Below, piece after piece: positions 56,479 to 64,000 of a stretch of 64,000 bases of DNA (within the stretch, counting starts at the first letter, position 1; each line of letters starts with the position of its first letter). Where the stretch lies: NCBI RefSeq assembly GCF_009914755.1, contig NC_060930.1; one strand, 5' to 3'. A model generated the notes under the pieces. That model saw only the letters and a list, made by a program, of their open reading frames with translations, made no database searches and had not been told where the DNA came from. Position numbers and translations under genes: made by a program. Source of the stretch: the human T2T-CHM13v2.0 reference genome, Homo sapiens.

Positions 56479-58159
56479 TCTAGATAATTGGCATGGGATC
56501 ATAGAAGATAACCTACAAGGAAAGGATAATTCATAAGATGCAAGACTCTGTAGTTAGTCTACACTAAACCAGCAACCTTAGTCTATTAAGAAAGCCTGTT
56601 CTACAAGATGGACTATGCTATATAAATAAGTGACTCACAGATCATTAGCAAAGTAACTATAAGTCATTAGGTTTTTGGTTAGTTTCCTGGGGATGTTATT
56701 TTGGTATCTGATAAATTCATACAAAAATCACGTCTGTTGGAAGTTTATGAATGTAAAAAAACTATAATTACTCTAAGATGGAACAATTCCTCCAACATGC
56801 AGCCTTCCTACAGAGTAAACAAATTTGTCTTTGTCTTATAATAATCGGTTGTCTTGAGGAGGCAGAAACAGGAAACAAAAAGACAACTTTGGAAATAATA
56901 CTTTTTAAAACTTTTTTCTTTTAAAAATTTCTGGGAAAAAAAGGCAAGAAAGAAGAAAGAAATTCATTTGAAAAACTAGCTCTTCAAAAGCAGTACCAAA
57001 ATCACTTAGGTGGATAAATGTTTAAGAGTGAAAAAACGTACACCTTTCTTTATTTGAGAAAGTAGAATAGTATGAAGAAATAAGAATGCAATTCACCAAG
57101 CCATTATTAATGAAGGGCTTATCTACTAGAGTATTTTGTGCAGTTGGTATTCCATTACATATAATACATTTCCCATTAGAATGTTTATTTAATTTTCTTG
57201 ATTTACCCTCATCATTGTACGAAGATGTTCCAATCCATTTTAAATTAATAGGCTGTCTTCATTTCAAACATGCAGGCTGGATTTTACTGACATAATGTGA
57301 ACACTACAAAAAGCTGTTTATCTTTGTTGAAGTATGCCAAGATCCTCTGATTTTTTTTTTCCAGTGTTTTCTACCCTTGAGATTTAAAACTGAACTCTTC
57401 AGCCAGGAAAATCAAGGCAGCAGAAAGTGTAACTATTAAGATGTAAGTTGCACTTAAAAGTGTTTCAATGCCCCATAGCTTTCCATACAGTTCAAAAATT
57501 ATGTCTAGTTTTTAAGATTATTAAATGTTACTTAGAGGTGGGAATTTTATCACCACAGCAATTAATATCAGTGGAAAACCCTAATACAGCATAAGTTGAA
57601 TGACAACCTTTACAATGTATCCATTTAGAGAGGGTGGGAAACTCAGGAAAACAAGCTGAGTATTTGGAGTCAGAAGTTTTAGGCTGATTGTCAATGTTGC
57701 TGATTCTCGAAACTTCTGTTTCCTTATCTACAAAATAGAGACACTGAGAATGCATAATACATGGGGTTACTGTTGTCTTCATGGTACAAGTTAGGACACA
57801 AGGAGCAGGTTACTTATTTTAAATCTGTTCACTGTTAGTGAGGTAAATTATTCAAAACAAAACCAGAAAAAATGATTATGATTAAAAAACAAATCCCAGC
57901 AGGCCAGCCTCCCTTTAAATATATTTAATAATATGACCAAACAGATCTGTAAAATATACAAATAAGGGAATAAGTATTCATTTAACTAAAAGGTGTTGTT
58001 AAATAGAACTTCATCGGACCTTTAAAATGTAACTTAAAAGTATAATTTAAGCCTAGTGTTTTTCATAAACATGTTTACGGTGTAAAAAAGAAAATTTGTA
58101 ATTTATATATATTGCATCTACTGTATTAAGTCTGCAGCAGGACTGGACATGTTCCTAAC

Positions 58160-58350
58160 CATGTACAAACCAGTCACACTGCTTACCAGCTATAGACCTT
58201 GGGCAAATTACTTTACACCTCTGAGTATTAATGCTCTAATCTTTAAGATGTTGATGATGAAACCTACTTCATAGTGCTGCTGTGATGACTAAATTATGCC
58301 ACGAAGCATGTTGCACAGATGTGTACTGCAATAAATCAATGTACGTTTGC
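58160..58350 (+). mobile_element. MIR
   Basis: cttaccagctatagaccttgggcaaattacttt...acctacttcatagtgctgctgtgatgactaaat. Confidence 0.75.
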
Positions 58351-59729
58351 AGTCATCTTTACAGCACAGCTGGTCATGAAGACTCTCCTGAGTACATTTT
58401 TGACTAGAGATATACTGTGTTTTAAAACTTCTAGTTTTAATAAATTTAACCATTGAGTAGAACTGTGCTACTTCTTCAATATTCAGAAAAGTATATATTT
58501 TTCATACAAAAGTAAATATATATATATAACTATTAATTTCACATTAGAAATATGAAAAGCACTCCAATTCCTGGAAAATGTCGTAGTACAAAGGGGAAAA
58601 ATTAAGATAGATGAAAACCAGAAGTATTCCTCTACACCTTTACCACCGACATTAAAAAGTGAAAAATCAATTCCCTTTTCCTCTGGTATAAGCAGGTAAC
58701 AAATGGTAAACAGTTTAGCCAGAAAGAAGAAAAGCCAAGGAAATCCACTTACTAAAAGTTAAATTCAGTGACTAAAATTATCTTTCGTATGCTCACCACT
58801 ACCAAAATCTATATTTCTAGCTATGTTCTTTCCTGAGATCCAGATATATGGACAACTTCCAAGAATCAAACTCAACATTTCTCAAACAGAGCTGAGTATT
58901 TTTGGCCAGCAGACCCTCCCCTGCCATAATTTGCCTTCCCTGTTTTTCCCTCTCAGTGGATGTCAAGTGTGAAGGTCAGTCTGCGTGTGTCTCTCTTCGC
59001 CCATCATTAACGTGTGCATTCAATATTATAAACACAGGAACCTCTGCTTTGCATGCAATAGAGGGTAAGCAAGCCTGTTTATAGCGAATGTCCATTCTGA
59101 AGGGAGAGCGCACAAATTATTAAACAGATAGGACTCCTTTCAAGCCTTTTAAGCACTGTCTGGGTTAGGGATGTGGTGGCTACAGCAACATAAAAAAAAG
59201 TTAATTTTAAAATATTAAACATAATACAAAATGGTGACATGATTTTTCTCTAAAATATAGGAAGTGATCAATCAAATGAAAAACTATATTTTAAGTAAAA
59301 CTTCACCATAAATGTCATGATTTAGCCACAGCTGAAAACTTAAAGGGTCAGATTCTTCCAGCTGACCCTATGGTGCCCAGCTGGCTGAACATTCTGAGAA
59401 TAATCCAGTGCAGTGGAAACACTGGACATTTAATAAATGATAACTCCTGAGGAAGAACAAGGAAGTCATGTCCACACCAGAGGTGGGTGGTGTAACGGCT
59501 GATTTTGGAGGAGAAGTTTTTGTTTTGTTTTGTTTTTCTTTTGTGGGGTGGGGGTTTGTTTTGCTTTGGCTTGAGACAAGGTAGGAAAACCCATTTGGAA
59601 GGCTGGAAATTTGATATTTGATATAAGAGTCTGTCTGGCTAGAAAATAAGTTCTTCCAGACATCAAAAAGGAACTAATAAATAATCAGAATAAACAAAAA
59701 TTGGCCATGATATATATTTAAAAGGTAGC

Positions 59730-59830
59730 CTAGCTAGGCATGATGGCTCGTGCCTGTAATCCTACCACTTTGGGAAGTCAAGCTGGGTAAATCGCTTGCA
59801 CCCAGGAGTTCAAGACCAACCTGGAAAACA
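59730..59830 (+). mobile_element. Alu left-monomer fragment
   Basis: gctaggcatgatggctcgtgcctgtaatcc...ccaggagttcaagaccaacctgg. Confidence 0.8.
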
Positions 59831-59899
59831 GGTATGTGGAGAAGGACTAACATATACTCCTGAGAACATCTCAGAATACGCAGAGCATGTTTTTGTTAA

Positions 59900-60585
<686 letters not shown>

Positions 60586-61244
60586 ACAAAAGAGTCTTTT
60601 ATGGAGAAATAGAGAATGGAATAAAGCCAGATAAATTCAATTTACTGCTCATAAATGGCCATGCTTCTTCTTAACATGGTCCCCTTACTGCAGAGGCTAT
60701 ATATCTAAAAATGAGAGAAAAGCAATCACACTGTTGCTTATGAGCAATCTACATGAAATACAAAAATTCCCCTTCTGAAAAATTATAACAATTTGTTATT
60801 GAAGATGTGTATGTAAATTTTCCCACCTGTGTTACTTTTTTATACAAGCCAAACCTAGCAGGAATCTCTAATTATCATACCATGAGGATGGCTTAACAAG
60901 GGTGTTGCCAGCCCACAAATGCAATTTGATTCTCAGCATGAAGGCAAGACTGGCAATTTACAAACTCCAGCAACAAGTAACTATGAATATTAAGATCTTA
61001 ATTTACACAATGGAGAACTCATTGCTCTTAGAATAAAAAAAGGAACATTTTGAGGATCCTGTTGCTGGATGTGGAGTAAAAAAAATTATGGTAATGATTC
61101 TGACAATTGTTGAAGCACATACATACCTGAATATCAGGGTACTTTTTAGAATTATTCTGCTCACAATGGGGAAATATTTTACTTAAATAAGCAGCCTGAA
61201 TTTGAAATCAAGTCATAAGGTAAATGTCTCAATTACAAATGGTA

Positions 61245-61566
61245 CTGCTTTATATATGGATAAATCTCATAGACATAACACTGACTGAAAAAAACAGACA
61301 TAAAACATAATGCATGATTCCATCTATATAACGTTCAAGAACAGACAAAAATAATCTACAGTGATAGATGTCAGATGGTGGTGACTTTCAGTGAGGATAT
61401 TGATGGGAGGGTGCCTGAGGGAGTCTTCATGACTTAGAAATATTCTACATATTCATCTAGATGGTGAGAACATGGGTGTATACATATGGAATATTATTTA
61501 ACCTCTACATGTAAGATTTGTACAGTTCAATATTTGTGTGATATACTGCAATAAAAATTTAAAAAT
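61245..61566 (+). mobile_element. L1ME/MC-like 3' end
   Basis: atggataaatctcatagacataacactgactgaaaaaa...tgcatgattccatctatataacgttcaagaacagacaaaa...tgcaataaaaattt. Confidence 0.8.
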
Positions 61567-63179
61567 AGGTCAATTGTATTAGATAACTAACAAAATTGAA
61601 AAACAGATCAATAGTACTAGATAATAAATATACAATAGTCTTTATCTTTCCTAAAACAAAATTTAACTGTTACTTTAGTGAGTACCAAGAGTGCACACAT
61701 TCAGAAGGTTTTGGAACCCATCTCCTTGTGTAGCACAGCATTACATATTTTACATTTCAACGTGGCTACAACTCCTAATCCTCCTGTCAAGAATCCCACA
61801 TGAGCCAGGCTATTGATAAAACAATTGCTTCTCCAGTAAAGAGTTTTATTTGCTCTCTCATTGCCTATCAGCTTAATACATAGGAGAATATACTTGAAAA
61901 GGATCAAGTTCTATAAACAGGACTAAATGATTATGGAGCAGGCATCTTTATAATTGTGTTTTTACTTTTTTCCCCCCAGTTGTTTCTCAAGGAATACAGC
62001 AGAAATTGAACCATAAAGCTTAGCTTGACAGAAAGGCATTAGCCTACCATGCTAAACCAAAGATAGGAGAGACAGTTATTTATGAAGAAACACTGTTCCC
62101 TATTATCCTTCTGAGATTCTAAAAAAGGGCTAAATATTGATGCATTTCAAAGTCACCTTTTCCCCCACTTCTTGTATTAACAAGCAGGAGTATGTTTTAG
62201 ATGCTCCTAATTTGTCAAGATCAGGTGAACAGAACTGTCGTACAGAGCACACTGCTCTCATTCCTACAAGGGCTCTGCAACCCTGTGGGTTATTAATAAT
62301 TCATCGGTCTTTCTTAGTTCACAACAGGGGCATTACTCAGAGGGCATCATTCTTACTGAAAGAAGTTAACAGCGATGGGCAGATAAACAATGCACAAGTC
62401 AAAGAAGAAGAAGCCTCTTATGAATTTGTGAACACTGAAGATCTGTTAAAGAGCTCCAACTACTATAGGAAAAAAAAAACTGCTAGGTATTCTTTACCTA
62501 GGCTTCTATTGCCTGTTAGGCTAAATTCAGCCATCTTTAGAATTATATCAGTTGTATTAACACAGAAATTCCTTGAAAATCATTTAACTCTTTTGTGTGT
62601 TAACACAGGTTATACTACTGGGTACGATTATGTTGTCTTTATTGAATTAGTTTCTCCAAACTAATCTTTTTGGCAGGAAAATGATGTCTACTTTTGGGTT
62701 CCAACAGTATTTATTTATCAAGGAAATACATGAAGCATCCTAATGTCTTAATGATTGAAAACAAGTCTCCAGGAAAAGGAACACCATCCTTTATGGTCCT
62801 CCTCAATACACGTAGACCCTCTGGGTGAAATTTAACACAGGTATTCCAAAAAATTTAAATAACAGGGGCAACAGGCTCAGAAGCCTAAAGGCATGAATCA
62901 CGCAAGAGTGTAAAACAGTAGAGCGAGGCAGAGTCTGCAGCCTGTGACTGCATGCCCTGCTTAAAGAAACTTCAAAAACAAACCAAAAACCAAAACCAAA
63001 TACTGCTAGGCCAAACATGCCTATGTGGGGTGACCAATTTCAGACCCATAGCATAAATCAGAAGTCTTTATTCTGAATATATGAGGACTCAGAATAGGAT
63101 GTATTATGTCCTCTAAATAAAAGATATTCATGTGGGTTAAATAAGAGCATTGATTTATTTTCTTGAAGATATATTGTTA

Positions 63180-63249
63180 TTAGAATGTACTCCATTATTT
63201 AGAATGTACTCCATTATTTAGAATGTACTCCATTATTTAGAATGTACTC
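63180..63249. repeat. Perfect 19-bp minisatellite, 3.7 copies
   Basis: (ttagaatgtactccattat)x3 + ttagaatgtactc. Confidence 0.97.
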
Positions 63250-63319
63250 GAATACAAATTAAGCCTCTGATTTCTGAATATCAGTAAAGAGTAACCTCGC
63301 TTTAGCTAAAAACAGTAAC

Positions 63320-63510
63320 ATAAAATTTACTGAGCACTTACTAGGTGCCAAGTACTATTCTAAGCACTCTGCATGCATAAACAGACTTGAAATTCTCACA
63401 CCGATTCTATGGAGAAACCAAGCAGGCACAGAATGAGAAAGCAATCTGCCCACAAAAACACAGCTAATGAGGCTGCTGTTCAAACTCAAGCAACCTGCTT
63501 TCAGAGTCTC
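63320..63510 (-). mobile_element. MIR
   Basis: atttactgagcacttactaggtgccaagtactattctaagcact...acacagctaatgagg...ttcaaactcaagca. Confidence 0.8.
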
Positions 63511-64000
63511 TGTTTCCTTGTTTACTGCTCGCTTCCTCTTAGTTAAGAGCACAGCTCATTTACTCCACATGAATGCATCAAGGGAAAGCGGTAGCTTTCA
63601 CTCATTAGCAAGACTGATATAAAATAAATAGAAACTCACCACCAAAATCACTACATATACTATACCTCCTACCTTAGCTACAAAGCAGAGGAGTTTCAGG
63701 GACCAAGAAACAAAAGGCTTGGAGACAATGAGTACAGTTCCTGATAACAGTAGATAATAAATATCACTAGGCTGAGAAAGAGTTAAGAGGTCAAAAAGAG
63801 GAAAAGATGATTCTATAACAACATGCCATTTTCCTCTCGTACTAGAAATGGACATCTTCAGAGTCTTTGCTTCCTTTAAGATACTAACTAGGTCAGATCA
63901 GATGTTCCTCTTTTTTTCTTTTACTAATGGAATGCCCTAAGACAGAATAAATATAGAAATTAAAGGATCTTTGAAAAACCCTTGGGTTTTTCTTTACTGA

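Noticed and set aside
63180-63249. Direct repeats as a possible CRISPR array
   Set aside because: Head-to-tail with no spacers, and the sequence is human
63639-63740. Minus-strand hydrophobic ORF segment bounded by AG and gtgagt
   Set aside because: Poor pyrimidine tract; hydrophobicity is expected from T-rich composition; no recognisable protein

Overview
Human genomic DNA: a near-consensus, human-specific AluYa5 sits at 23423-23723. The window is AT-rich and has no CpG island. It reads as a non-coding intronic or intergenic segment, heavily filled with Alu, L1, L2, MIR, LTR and DNA-transposon relics. By eye the + strand looks A/C-rich, which suggests (inference, not computed) an intron of a long gene transcribed from the - strand; I could not identify the gene. 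No host protein-coding exon, RNA gene, CRISPR array or new multi-gene system is supported. Nearly all listed ORFs are Alu/L1 read-throughs or chance ORFs; the only real protein homology is decayed L1 ORF2p. The main points of interest are structural: two 5'-inverted (twin-primed) L1 insertions, a possible ~500-bp inversion splitting an Alu, a 25-bp perfect inverted repeat joined to a tandem duplication, a 35-nt Alu tip with a perfect TSD, a young AluYa5 and a perfect 19-bp VNTR. There are also several unvalidated minus-strand splice-signal candidates (microexons, poison exons, one recursive-splice-type site). Repeat subfamily names and old-repeat boundaries come from recalled consensus sequences and are approximate.
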